Part shown: in pieces, positions 30,299-39,695 of the stretch
Numbering within the stretch: the first letter of the stretch is position 1
Layout: every line of letters starts with the position of its first letter
Translations under genes and position numbers: made by a program
From: an uncultured cyanobacterium
Lineage (GTDB): Bacteria > Cyanobacteriota > Cyanobacteriia > Cyanobacteriales > CAWUOF01
Assembly: GCA_963744145.1 (NCBI GenBank)
Contig: CAVUSO010000001.1
Span: 6,400,001-6,464,000 of the forward strand
Direction: 5' to 3'
Length of the DNA stretch: 64,000 nucleotides
Notes under the pieces: model-generated
Database searches by the model: none
Told to the model about the DNA's origin: nothing
The model's input: the letters and a program-made list of their open reading frames with translations, nothing else

Positions 30299-30889
30299 TT
30301 ATCTATTAGTCCATAAAATCTCATCAACACTGATTACTAGGTCTGGAAATGAAAGAGGTGAGATAGTTTCACCAGGTCTGAATTGTTGAATACTTTCATA
30401 ACCATTAGCTCCGGGTTGGCGATACACCTCAACTAATTGTGCTTCTATGTCTACGATCCAAAGTTCAATAATCCCAGCTCTCGCATAGAGGACTGACTTA
30501 ACATTACGGTCATATTCAACCGTAGTAACCGCTACTTCAATTAGTAAATATATGTCTTGGGGTTGGGGGAGCAGATCCTCGTAACAATCATCACGCGGTT
30601 TCAAAATTGATAGATCCGGTTCCGGTGCAAATTGTCCATTTAGTCTAACTGGGGTTTGTGATGTGATTAAAGCATGATCGCCTAAAGCTTTAAAGAAAAT
30701 TTTCAGTAAACGCGGAATACAACCCGCATGACGACTACCCATCGGTGCCATATAAATAATATCCCCATCAATTAGTTCCGTTCGTTCATCAGGTCCAATT
30801 ATCCCGATTTCACCCAGCTTGTAATATTCCTCTACAGTAAATTTCTTTCTTGCTGGTTTTGTTGCTACTGCGATCATCTTTCTCACCAT
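30299..30889 (-). CDS. Uma2-family endonuclease-like protein
   Basis: FTVEEYY, RTELIDG, PEPDL, LLIEVA, YARAGIIELWIVD; tandem paralogue of 29580-30165 at 724-bp offset. Confidence 0.9.
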   Translation of the reverse strand: MVRKMIAVATKPARKKFTVEEYYKLGEIGIIGPDERTELIDGDIIYMAPMGSRHAGCIPRLLKIFFKALGDHALITSQTPVRLNGQFAPEPDLSILKPRDDCYEDLLPQPQDIYLLIEVAVTTVEYDRNVKSVLYARAGIIELWIVDIEAQLVEVYRQPGANGYESIQQFRPGETISPLSFPDLVISVDEILWTNR

Positions 30890-30994
30890 CCCATTAACTG
30901 AATAGCTCGGATAATTCTCATTCTAATTGCGTTCACTAGCGTGTACCGTAGGTAATCATATCATTATCCAAACAGTAAAATGACCCTGACAAGA

Positions 30995-31825
30995 TTAAAC
31001 TCCTAATACTTTTTCTAAATACTCATAGCTTTCATCATTAAATTTATCCCAGTCTAATCGATCGGCTAAATATTGATTAATCATCCGTTGACCATTGGCT
31101 AAGGGATCTATATTACTATCATCTAAAAGCAAATTATTTGCAAATTGATTAGCCTCATTTTCTTCGTTGTCTTGAGCAATAAAATCAATCTTTTCATCAA
31201 TTAAAACACCTTCTTTTAAATGTTGTAATACTAAATGTCCTAACTCATGTGCCAAGTAAAAAGTTAATTTCTCCGCATCTTTATAGGGTGAACTAATTAT
31301 AATTACAGGACGAGAAAATTGCCATTGAATTAACCCTTCAATCTTCTTGATTTTCTGAGGAAAATGATCAAAATAAGCAACAATAATTCCCTGACTCCAA
31401 CAATATTCAAGTAAGGAAGTTAAATTAACTGTTGGATAATTTGTTAAGATTTCTGTTCTAATTTCCTTAACATCAGTAGGTAATGGTGTAAAATTAACCT
31501 CTGTCCCGTAGACAATTAACTCAGATACTCGACTAGCTAAAGCTTGAGCAACATGGGGATAATCTTTATTTTGACTGTCATGCTGCTTAAACTTAGTAGG
31601 AGGGGGAGAATTAAATTTGATTTTTTCTGCTGGTAATAACAAAGATTTTAAGTCAAGATTAAGGCGATCGGCGATATAACTAGCACCTTCTAATACAGCA
31701 GATGGTTTATCATTGAGTTCATCATCCCACCAACTCGGTAAACCGTTATTTCTTACATAGTCTCGGTTCAATCCTATTTGGGATAGTTTAGTGTAGAGAG
31801 AAGATATGGTAAGCTTTTTTGTCAT
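30995..31825 (-). CDS. ImmA/IrrE-family metallopeptidase
   Basis: FYLAHELGHLVL (HExxH) and ENEANQFA; GAGGA RBS. Confidence 0.85.
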   Translation of the reverse strand: MTKKLTISSLYTKLSQIGLNRDYVRNNGLPSWWDDELNDKPSAVLEGASYIADRLNLDLKSLLLPAEKIKFNSPPPTKFKQHDSQNKDYPHVAQALASRVSELIVYGTEVNFTPLPTDVKEIRTEILTNYPTVNLTSLLEYCWSQGIIVAYFDHFPQKIKKIEGLIQWQFSRPVIIISSPYKDAEKLTFYLAHELGHLVLQHLKEGVLIDEKIDFIAQDNEENEANQFANNLLLDDSNIDPLANGQRMINQYLADRLDWDKFNDESYEYLEKVLGV

Positions 31826-31877
31826 TGTCTTATCCTCATTTATATGAAAATTGAAAGCCTTATCCTATTTTCTATCC

Positions 31878-32792
31878 CTAATTAGGAATATGCTTATTCC
31901 CGCTTCCAAATTTAGCTAACCAAGCTAAAATTATAGGATTGACCACCGTTGGACGTTCATCATGGGGACAGTGACCTGTATTCGGAATGGAGACAAATTC
32001 GATCGCTTGTCCTTGGTCTCTCCATTGTTGGAAAATTTGTCCCCCAGTTACTGGTGTCCAAGGATCATCTTCTCCCCAAATCACTAATAATGAACATTTG
32101 ACCTGGGGTAATAAGTCAGCGATCGCTGGTCCAGAGGGAGCTGTAATAATCGCAGCAAAAACTTTTTGAGCCCCAGGATCACAGGAAGGAAGATAAAGTA
32201 TTTCTACCAATTCATCCGTGATCGCTTCCTGATTACGGTAAACTTGCTTGAGTGTATTCCGAATGCGGTGCTTCTGACGAATGCGATCGAAGAGAAATGG
32301 TCCAAATATCGGGGAACTAACGATCTGACTAAAAATTCCCATTACTATTCGTAAGGGTAAATTTAATTCATGAGGACGATGATTTAATCCCCCAGCACAG
32401 TTAATTAATACTGCTCCCTTGGCTATTTCTGGGTAATTTGCGACTAACATTAAGCTAACTAAAGCACCGATCGAGTTACCAATAAAAACTGTAGGTACTT
32501 GAATATGCTCTGTCCAAAAGTCTTTGATTAATTCCTGCCATAATTCTAAGCTATATCTGACAACTGGTTTATCTGAAGCTCCAAATCCTAATAAATCTAA
32601 GGCAAATACTTGGTATTCACCCTGTGCTAAGATGGGAATGTTTTTGCGCCAATGTCCAATTGATGCTCCAAAACCGTGGATCAGTACCAGTGGCTGTCCT
32701 TTACCCATTACTGTATATTGGATTTTATGCCCTTGCCAAATCCAAGTTAACTTTTCTAAGGTGTTTGTAGTTGTTAGCTGTTCTGTACTCAT
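31878..32792 (-). CDS. Alpha/beta fold hydrolase
   Basis: LIHGFGAS, GNSIG nucleophile elbow, WGEDDPW, GHCPHDE. Confidence 0.93.
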   Translation of the reverse strand: MSTEQLTTTNTLEKLTWIWQGHKIQYTVMGKGQPLVLIHGFGASIGHWRKNIPILAQGEYQVFALDLLGFGASDKPVVRYSLELWQELIKDFWTEHIQVPTVFIGNSIGALVSLMLVANYPEIAKGAVLINCAGGLNHRPHELNLPLRIVMGIFSQIVSSPIFGPFLFDRIRQKHRIRNTLKQVYRNQEAITDELVEILYLPSCDPGAQKVFAAIITAPSGPAIADLLPQVKCSLLVIWGEDDPWTPVTGGQIFQQWRDQGQAIEFVSIPNTGHCPHDERPTVVNPIILAWLAKFGSGNKHIPN

Positions 32793-32834
32793 GGTGGTTA
32801 GATTAAGGTTGGGGATATATCAACTGATTCTATG

Positions 32835-33335
32835 TTAAGATAATTTTTGCTTTAATTGGGTTAATTTTTCCTGACTTAGAGTAATTTCAACTTCTAGTAA
32901 TTGTGCTGGATCACGGTAGATAATGTGATGGTTTTCATCAATGATGACTTCTGGGTTGGTTAAGGTGATTTTTTGATATTTAAGTTCCGGTATTCCCACT
33001 CTAATGACTACTTCTTTTTGAGACTGGGGATAAATATATAATTGTTGATGGAGCTGATCTAATTCTAATTTATGTGGAGTGGTACTGCGTTCGGTTTGGG
33101 TATCTGGTTTGTGCCAATAAACGGTAATTCCACGTAGTTCGGGACTAAGGATTTGAAAAATTTCATCAAAACGTTGAAGTTCCCATTGGAGTTCACTCAC
33201 TTCCTGATTTTGAGGAATAATCCGTTGACACCAGATAATTTCTTTACCACTTAATTTCTGCCACCATTGACGGATGATTGCTAGATTATTAGCATTTTCT
33301 GGGTGATTGCTACCCATTTGCCATGTGATTTTCAT
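32835..33335 (-). CDS. Hypothetical protein
   Basis: Long ORF directly upstream of the hydrolase; ATG 33335 preferred to TTG 33365. Confidence 0.7.
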   Translation of the reverse strand: MKITWQMGSNHPENANNLAIIRQWWQKLSGKEIIWCQRIIPQNQEVSELQWELQRFDEIFQILSPELRGITVYWHKPDTQTERSTTPHKLELDQLHQQLYIYPQSQKEVVIRVGIPELKYQKITLTNPEVIIDENHHIIYRDPAQLLEVEITLSQEKLTQLKQKLS

Positions 33336-33421
33336 AGGTATAATAGAGAATAGTTGACTGCTCAACTGAGATTGCTATATTTATATTCTACTATGGTAAT
33401 AGTGATTAAACTTATTTCCCG

Positions 33422-35614
33422 ATGAAAAGCCAAAGAAGTGCCCAGATTACCAGCATTATTGAAAAGCGTCGTCCTTTAGCAAAGAAAATCGCCGTTGTCG
33501 AGTCAAATCTGAAGTCACTTGATGTAGCATTGCGTAACCTGGAAACTCAGCGCGATCGCATCAAATTGCAAATTGATGACCCAAATATCATTGCTCACCT
33601 CCAAGAAATCGATTTTTCTGATCTGCACATTCAGCTCATCACGGAATTGGAAACATTGGCTAAATTGAAAGCAAGATTTTCTCGTGATACTCTAAATATT
33701 GGAGTTGTGGGTCGAGCAAGACAGGGAAAAAGTCGTTTATTACAAAGTTTAACTGGTCTAACCACAGCCGAAATTCCCGATGGCGATCGACAACACTGTA
33801 CTGGTGTCAGAAGCACCATTTATCATGATCCTCAGAGCGAAACATCCGGAGAAGTTTACTTTCATTCCGAGCGTTCTTTTCTAGATGAAGTCATTATACC
33901 ATATTATGAACAACTCCGTTTAGGTGCCAAACCAAATACTTTAGATGATTTTGCTAATAAACCTTTTCCAGCTTTACCAAATCAGCTTTCAGTCCAAGCA
34001 GAATCAGGTGCAAAATATGAACATCTACGACGTTACTATAAAAATCTAGATCAATATCGTCCCTTATTGCGATCGGCTGCACCTCGTCAAATTTCCAAAA
34101 ATGAAATTAGGGAATATGTGGCTCAAGATACTCCAGACGGACAGCGAGTTTTTTTCAATTATCTCGCAGTTCGAGAAGTCAAAATTATCTGTAGTTTTCC
34201 TAATCCGGATATCGGACAAATTGCTTTGGTAGATATGCCCGGTTTAGGTGATACTGGGATTGGTGATCAAGAGCGGTTAATTCAAACTCTCGGACAGGAT
34301 GTTGATTTAATTCTCTTTGTCCGAATGCCAAAATCATCTGGGGATTATTGGGCTGATGTCGATGTTCAATTATATGATACCGCTGGAGCTGCATTAATTG
34401 ATCTACCTGTAAATTTATGGTCTTTGATGATTCTCAATCAAACCAGTGCGGGTTCTAATAATGGTAATAATTCTCATAATTGTTATGACTTAGCAGATTC
34501 TCTGGTAGAAAAACATATTAATGTGATTAGTTGTATAATTGCTAATTGTGCTGAATCGGAGGAAGTTCAATTAAAAATTCTTGATCCAGCTCTTGATTAT
34601 TTAGCGATTCATATCACTACTCTAGATCAGCAATATGCTACCGCTTGTCAAGCAAAATTAATGGAACTCCAAAATGCGATTAAAGTCAAATTAGACCTAG
34701 GAATTAAAGTTTTGGGAATAATGCCAAAAACTGGCAGTGATTTCCCCTTATTTATTAAACTATTTAATCAGCTTTGGAGTGAAATTACCAGTAGTCTCGA
34801 AAGATTGTTGAAAAAATTAGGAGAGCAACGTAATACCCAAGATGAAGATTTTAAACATCAAGTCGAGCTTGCTCTAGCAACTTGTCAGAGTGATCCAGGA
34901 ATACCTGACCTTGAGCAAATTGAAATTAGACGCGATCGCGTAGGAGGATATCCGATCGCTTATTATGAATACTTAAATGAAATTCGCGCTCATTTATCCC
35001 AACGTTTCCTCTCCTTAGATGAGGGATTAAAATTATCAATTCAGCGGGTAAAATCTCAAGTAGCAGATGTGCTGATTCACCAAGGACGTTTGGGAAGATT
35101 AAGTGCAGCTCAAGGAGCTGAATTTCTCGAAGCGATCGTCCAACAAATACCCGATCATCTCCATCAGCTAAAATTAGGTTGTCAAATTATCTCGGATTTT
35201 AACCTTTCCTATCGCGGACTAATTCAACATCGGATTCGACAACATTTAGATGGTTTAACCCCAGATCGAACTGAATTAAAGTTGTCTAAGTCTCCTTCAG
35301 CTGCGGAAGTCTTAAACTGTTTAAAAGTTAGTCACGGAGAAGCAGTTTATAAGTGTCAAAATGCTTTAGAAGATTTATTAGGAGAACCGAGTCAAGCTGC
35401 TTTTGCGATCGTCGAAGAATTTGTCGATCGCATTTTGCGAGCAGAAGATGTGAAAATTGAATGGCAGATTTTTCTCGAAGAAATGCGCTCAGAAATTTGG
35501 CCCACCGAATTTCAACAATGGGGCGATCGGACAAAGATACATCAAGATTGGTTAAATTCGGTGGAACAAGTAAAGAGAGCTAATCAAACAGAATATCTGC
35601 AATTTTTAAACTGA
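33422..35614 (+). CDS. Dynamin-like large GTPase
   Basis: N-terminal coiled coil, G1 GRARQGKS, G2 HCTG, G3 DMPG, G4-like ILNQT, long helical C-terminus. Confidence 0.8.
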   Translation: MKSQRSAQITSIIEKRRPLAKKIAVVESNLKSLDVALRNLETQRDRIKLQIDDPNIIAHLQEIDFSDLHIQLITELETLAKLKARFSRDTLNIGVVGRARQGKSRLLQSLTGLTTAEIPDGDRQHCTGVRSTIYHDPQSETSGEVYFHSERSFLDEVIIPYYEQLRLGAKPNTLDDFANKPFPALPNQLSVQAESGAKYEHLRRYYKNLDQYRPLLRSAAPRQISKNEIREYVAQDTPDGQRVFFNYLAVREVKIICSFPNPDIGQIALVDMPGLGDTGIGDQERLIQTLGQDVDLILFVRMPKSSGDYWADVDVQLYDTAGAALIDLPVNLWSLMILNQTSAGSNNGNNSHNCYDLADSLVEKHINVISCIIANCAESEEVQLKILDPALDYLAIHITTLDQQYATACQAKLMELQNAIKVKLDLGIKVLGIMPKTGSDFPLFIKLFNQLWSEITSSLERLLKKLGEQRNTQDEDFKHQVELALATCQSDPGIPDLEQIEIRRDRVGGYPIAYYEYLNEIRAHLSQRFLSLDEGLKLSIQRVKSQVADVLIHQGRLGRLSAAQGAEFLEAIVQQIPDHLHQLKLGCQIISDFNLSYRGLIQHRIRQHLDGLTPDRTELKLSKSPSAAEVLNCLKVSHGEAVYKCQNALEDLLGEPSQAAFAIVEEFVDRILRAEDVKIEWQIFLEEMRSEIWPTEFQQWGDRTKIHQDWLNSVEQVKRANQTEYLQFLN

Positions 35615-35634
35615 GGAAATCCAGGAAGAATAGA

Positions 35635-36615
35635 ATGGAAGAATTTAAAATTACCATGCTCGGACCCAGAGGAGTGGGGAAAACTAGTCTGTTAACTGCT
35701 ATGTACGAGCAATTCGATGCTAATATTGGTCGAACTAATCTTCAACTTACTCCTGATTTAGAAAGTTCAGCAATTTTACAGGAACGTTTAGGAGAACTAG
35801 AAAGTTTATTAGATGATTTTGAAGCTCGGGGAGGAGTTGGAGCTACCGAAGCACCCGTAGGACCAGAATCTCTGAGGTCTTTTATATTTGGATTGGGTAA
35901 AAAAGGTAAACCACCATCTTTTCAGCTTAACTTTCGGGATTATCCAGGTAAATACCACTCTCGACAAGCAAATCTGGAAGAAAGAAAATTTATCAGAAAT
36001 TTACTGGTTGAATGTATAGCAGTAATTATCGCGATCGATGCTCCAGCATTGATTGAAAATCAAGGAAAATGGCACAAAGAAATTAATCGACCCCAGGAAA
36101 TCACTGATTTATTTAAAAATTCCTACCAAAATCTGACTACATCTAAATTAGTGATTTTTGCTCCAGTTCGGTGCGAAAAATATATGAAAGATGAAAAAAC
36201 AGCTAAAGAATTACTGAAAAACATTAAATCTGGATATGCAAAATTACTTGATTTGTTAGCAGTAGAATCACTACAATCTAAAATAGCCATAGTTGTTACT
36301 CCCGTGGAAACGGTCGGGAGTGTAATTTTTTCCCGGATCGAGCTTCACAATAAACAGCCCCATTTTTATTTTCGGAAAACCAGTTACGATGCGGGATATA
36401 ATCCTCAGTATAGTGAACAACCACTGCGATATCTGCTGCGATTTTTGCTCCGACAGTATCTTGATTCACAAAACTGGGGGATTTTTAATTTTATTCGAGA
36501 TTTGTTTGAAGTTGATGAAGAATTCAAAATTGCGATTAAAGAATTTGCCAAGGGATGTAAAAATAGTGATGGGTTTGCAGTTTTGCAGGGTGAAAATTTA
36601 CTAAATTTAGAATAG
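35635..36615 (+). CDS. TRAFAC-class GTPase-domain protein
   Basis: G1 GPRGVGKT, G3 DYPG, AIDAP, degenerate G4 VRCE; starts 20 bp after the previous stop. Confidence 0.8.
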   Translation: MEEFKITMLGPRGVGKTSLLTAMYEQFDANIGRTNLQLTPDLESSAILQERLGELESLLDDFEARGGVGATEAPVGPESLRSFIFGLGKKGKPPSFQLNFRDYPGKYHSRQANLEERKFIRNLLVECIAVIIAIDAPALIENQGKWHKEINRPQEITDLFKNSYQNLTTSKLVIFAPVRCEKYMKDEKTAKELLKNIKSGYAKLLDLLAVESLQSKIAIVVTPVETVGSVIFSRIELHNKQPHFYFRKTSYDAGYNPQYSEQPLRYLLRFLLRQYLDSQNWGIFNFIRDLFEVDEEFKIAIKEFAKGCKNSDGFAVLQGENLLNLE

Positions 36616-36624
36616 GAGTGAGTT

Positions 36625-37443
36625 ATGAAAATTTATCTTCAGAGCTGTGGTTTTACTCAGGATGATGATTACTCATGGTTGAAAATAACTGAAACTGGTC
36701 AAAGTCCAGAAATTCCGGTCATTCTTAGAAAAACAATCCCAACTACTAATGGTAATCAAATTCTCATTACTGATTTAATTCAAAGTGAATCTCCATCGAT
36801 CCTCATTGCTCGGATTGAGCATGAATTGCTACTATTAGTAACGGGGTTGAAAGCTAAGGAAAGAAGAGATTTTCGCGGTCGTGAAGTGCGTAATTCTTTG
36901 GCGTTAATTACCGATAATAGTGATGAGAGCGTGATTCGTGTTTTAGCTGCTAGTGCGTTACGAGAATTATTAAAAGATGAAATAGATGATCTAATTAGGT
37001 TTGGGGGAGAATGGGGATTTGAAGTTTCTAGTCAAGCAATTAATCAATTAATCGAAAAATATCGCCAAGAATATCCGGGAGTTGGATTAGCTAATCAAGA
37101 TTACCGAGTCGGTAAAAATTCGCAAAATACTAGAGAATATCTTGCTTTTGAGTTAGAAGATAAACAGTTACCCCATATTAATGGTGTCTTAGTAGTTGTC
37201 ACAGGAATTAAGACAGAAGAGAATTTGCAAAATGCTCAAGTATGGAGAGGTTTATCCAATTTGGTAGTAGCTCAAGGATGGAAAGAGCCATATAAAACCG
37301 ATTTTACTCCATCAGCATATAACCAAACAACTCAGACAAAGGAGGATTTTTTCAACATTCTGTTGATTTTTCTTAAAATTACTGCGATCGCTGGAATAAG
37401 TGTGATAATTATTGCGCTTTTGTTATTATGGATATTGATGTAG
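36625..37443 (+). CDS. Hypothetical protein with a C-terminal transmembrane anchor; third gene of the GTPase operon
   Basis: AGGAG RBS, 9 bp after the previous stop; RDFRGREVRNSL motif; hydrophobic tail FFNILLIFLKITAIAGISVIIIALLLLWILM. Confidence 0.75.
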   Translation: MKIYLQSCGFTQDDDYSWLKITETGQSPEIPVILRKTIPTTNGNQILITDLIQSESPSILIARIEHELLLLVTGLKAKERRDFRGREVRNSLALITDNSDESVIRVLAASALRELLKDEIDDLIRFGGEWGFEVSSQAINQLIEKYRQEYPGVGLANQDYRVGKNSQNTREYLAFELEDKQLPHINGVLVVVTGIKTEENLQNAQVWRGLSNLVVAQGWKEPYKTDFTPSAYNQTTQTKEDFFNILLIFLKITAIAGISVIIIALLLLWILM

Positions 37444-37615
37444 AAGCCGATCGAAAAACTATTTTACCATAGGAGTCTCATCGATACCATCACCCTTTCC
37501 TGGGATGAATCCCGATCTGGAACATCCAGCATTTTGGTCATCGTTTCATACCCGACTACTAGTGGCGATCGCCGATACCCTAGCTCCGAAATTGCGCCCC
37601 AAGTATTACATTGAG

Positions 37616-37860
37616 GATGAATCCCGTTAGATGCTAAATTTTGGGGACAGCCCTATTTCTCTCGCCAGTTCTAACACTTGCTGAGTTTTCGATTGATTTA
37701 CCACCGCGATCGCTCTTTGTGACAAACTGTCGGCACTTATTAATATACTTCAACATTTAGTCACATAATAACGTACTAAAACCATAGCGGCGATCGCCAA
37801 AACCATCCCACCAGTACCAAATCGATGCTGTCAAATGTAGCGGGACAAAGTGAAGCAATC
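37616..37860 (-). repeat. Direct-repeat copy of the abiEi upstream region and 5' end
   Basis: Near-identical to 39305-39572; encodes VVNQSKTQQVLELAREIGL, then a 5-nt deletion. Confidence 0.88.
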
Positions 37861-37869
37861 ATTAATTAC

Positions 37870-38796
37870 TCATCGGTCGGAAACCTGTTTCCAAAAACCT
37901 GCTGGCTCCCAAATCTGTTCAAAAGATTCGCCCTTAGCTACAGCTAAACTGGGTGGCATTAGGAAACCTTGCAGAATCGCCACCACCTCGCCGAGTGTTT
38001 GCTGATCAGACTTTAATTTTCCCTTGCGGATAAAGGCATTCCACTGCTTTTGCTTCGTTTCATCCTCGGAAAATTCCTTCCTCAAAGCTAAAGGTGGAGT
38101 TAGGGGTAGCGAGGTTTGGCGACGCTCAAAAGTAGCTTTGATAGCTCCTCCGAGTGTTTCTCCTGCAAAAGTAAACTTCTGAGAAAGGAACCACAAATCG
38201 TAGAAATCCTTCATGCGGCTATTAGCTATTCCTAGCATTACCATTGCCTGAAACTTCTCCGCTACCACAGTTTCGCGCCAATAAGCCCGCACTCTTGGAG
38301 CTGGGAAGTTAAGAAGCGTTGGGAATTCCAGCGACTCTGGTGCGGGAGTAATCGCATCCCCAAAACCAATATCGATCTGAATTGGGATTCTGGCGTTTAA
38401 GAGCATTGCCGTCAACTTCAGCCGCACCCCCTCATATTTTTGGTCTTCTTTAATCCGCTCACCTCGGACTGTTTCCTCTTTAAACTCTATGCCATCTACA
38501 GCTACCTGTACACAACAGATATCCCGAAAAACTTGCTCCCACTCAGGAATTGTCTTTGACCCATAACCCAACAAATCCAAGTCTTGCGTCGCCCTGTGTG
38601 GCTCGTTACTCCACACTGAGAAAAGCGTCGCCCCTTTGAGAATGAATATGTCCTGGTATTCAGATTGACTGAGGCGGTACAGAAGTCGTTCCAATGCGTA
38701 GCGAGTCAGCAGCCCTTGGAATTCCTCCTGTTGCTTCCTGGATAAGTTAAGCAACCTCTGGCGAACGGAGGATGCTACACCGGGATGCTCTCTCAT
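37870..38796 (-). CDS. abiEii: AbiEii-family nucleotidyltransferase toxin (type IV TA)
   Basis: FILKGA, HRATQDLDLL, IDIGFGD, AEKFQAM, NSRMKDFYDL; overlaps the antitoxin stop. Confidence 0.92.
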   Translation of the reverse strand: MREHPGVASSVRQRLLNLSRKQQEEFQGLLTRYALERLLYRLSQSEYQDIFILKGATLFSVWSNEPHRATQDLDLLGYGSKTIPEWEQVFRDICCVQVAVDGIEFKEETVRGERIKEDQKYEGVRLKLTAMLLNARIPIQIDIGFGDAITPAPESLEFPTLLNFPAPRVRAYWRETVVAEKFQAMVMLGIANSRMKDFYDLWFLSQKFTFAGETLGGAIKATFERRQTSLPLTPPLALRKEFSEDETKQKQWNAFIRKGKLKSDQQTLGEVVAILQGFLMPPSLAVAKGESFEQIWEPAGFWKQVSDR

Positions 38797-39419
38797 GTGA
38801 CCGACTCCAAGTAAGGACGCATGACATTATTTACCCGACAGATTTGGGCATAGTGCCAGAGTTCGTCCATCGTACAACGGCGATCGCGCCAGCACTCCCA
38901 TAGAGCTTCCAGTGCTACGTCCAGACCAATCTTATGGCGGTATTTGAAGCAATCTGCTACCGTTTTTGCCGGGTTGTAAACTCGCACTGTGACACCTTCC
39001 ACCTGATGTTCTTCTACCCCAGCGCTCAAAGCATTACCTGACATATAGACAATTCTGAGGGGGAGAAGAGCTTCTTTTGGAGAACGCGTCTTGTGGTCGA
39101 TCGCCAGCCAGATTTCAAACGGAGCTTGGGTGGTCAGTCCGTGAAAGCGGAGGGCAGAAAGCAAACAAACAATGCCCCTCGGTACGCGCTTACTTGCCTC
39201 AACTAGACTGTGATTCTCTGTGAAATTGAGATCGGCTAATGAATAAAGTCCCCGTCCTACCTTCACCAACAGCCCCTTACCTACCAACCGCCGCAGGGAC
39301 TCTCGATGAATCCCGTGGGATGCCAAATCTTGGGGACGAAAGAGCCCTATTTTTCTCGCCAGTTCTAGCACTTGCTCAGTTTTCGATTGATTTACCACCG
39401 CGATCGCTCTTTGTGACAA
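38793..39419 (-). CDS. abiEi: AbiEi-family antitoxin / transcriptional regulator
   Basis: wHTH ...KVGRGLY, CLLSALRFHGLTTQ, KTVADCFKYRHKIGLDVALEAL; true start may be GTG 39398. Confidence 0.9.
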   Translation of the reverse strand: MSQRAIAVVNQSKTEQVLELARKIGLFRPQDLASHGIHRESLRRLVGKGLLVKVGRGLYSLADLNFTENHSLVEASKRVPRGIVCLLSALRFHGLTTQAPFEIWLAIDHKTRSPKEALLPLRIVYMSGNALSAGVEEHQVEGVTVRVYNPAKTVADCFKYRHKIGLDVALEALWECWRDRRCTMDELWHYAQICRVNNVMRPYLESVT

Positions 39420-39459
39420 ACTGTCGGCACTTATTAATATACTTCAACATTTAGTCACA
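39412..39459. promoter_or_regulatory. Inverted repeat upstream of abiEi, likely autoregulatory operator; second copy at 37718-37765
   Basis: TGTGACAAACTGTCG ... CAACATTTAGTCACA, 12 of 15 positions complementary. Confidence 0.55.
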
Positions 39460-39695
39460 TAATAACGTACTAAAACCATAGCTGCGATCGCCATCAAACC
39501 ATCCCACCAGTACCAAATCTATGCTGTCAAAAGTGTAGCTGGCTTTTATGTAGCGGTACAAAGTGAGCAATCTCAACCTATGATTCTTCACCAACTAACC
39601 ATCCTGGAAATTTTGGTGAAAATTCTCGCTGCTCTCAGTTAAATGAATATAGAATATTCAGTAAACCTTTTCACATCCAAATCATTAAGTATCTC

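Noticed and set aside
29336..30957. Mini CRISPR array from the 22-nt repeats
   Set aside because: Copies are adjacent or hundreds of bases apart with genes between them; better explained as HIP1-inserted repeats
37444..37614. Open frame continuing past the TAG of the membrane-anchored gene, suggesting read-through
   Set aside because: No recognisable motif and it runs into the abiEi duplicate; chance is sufficient
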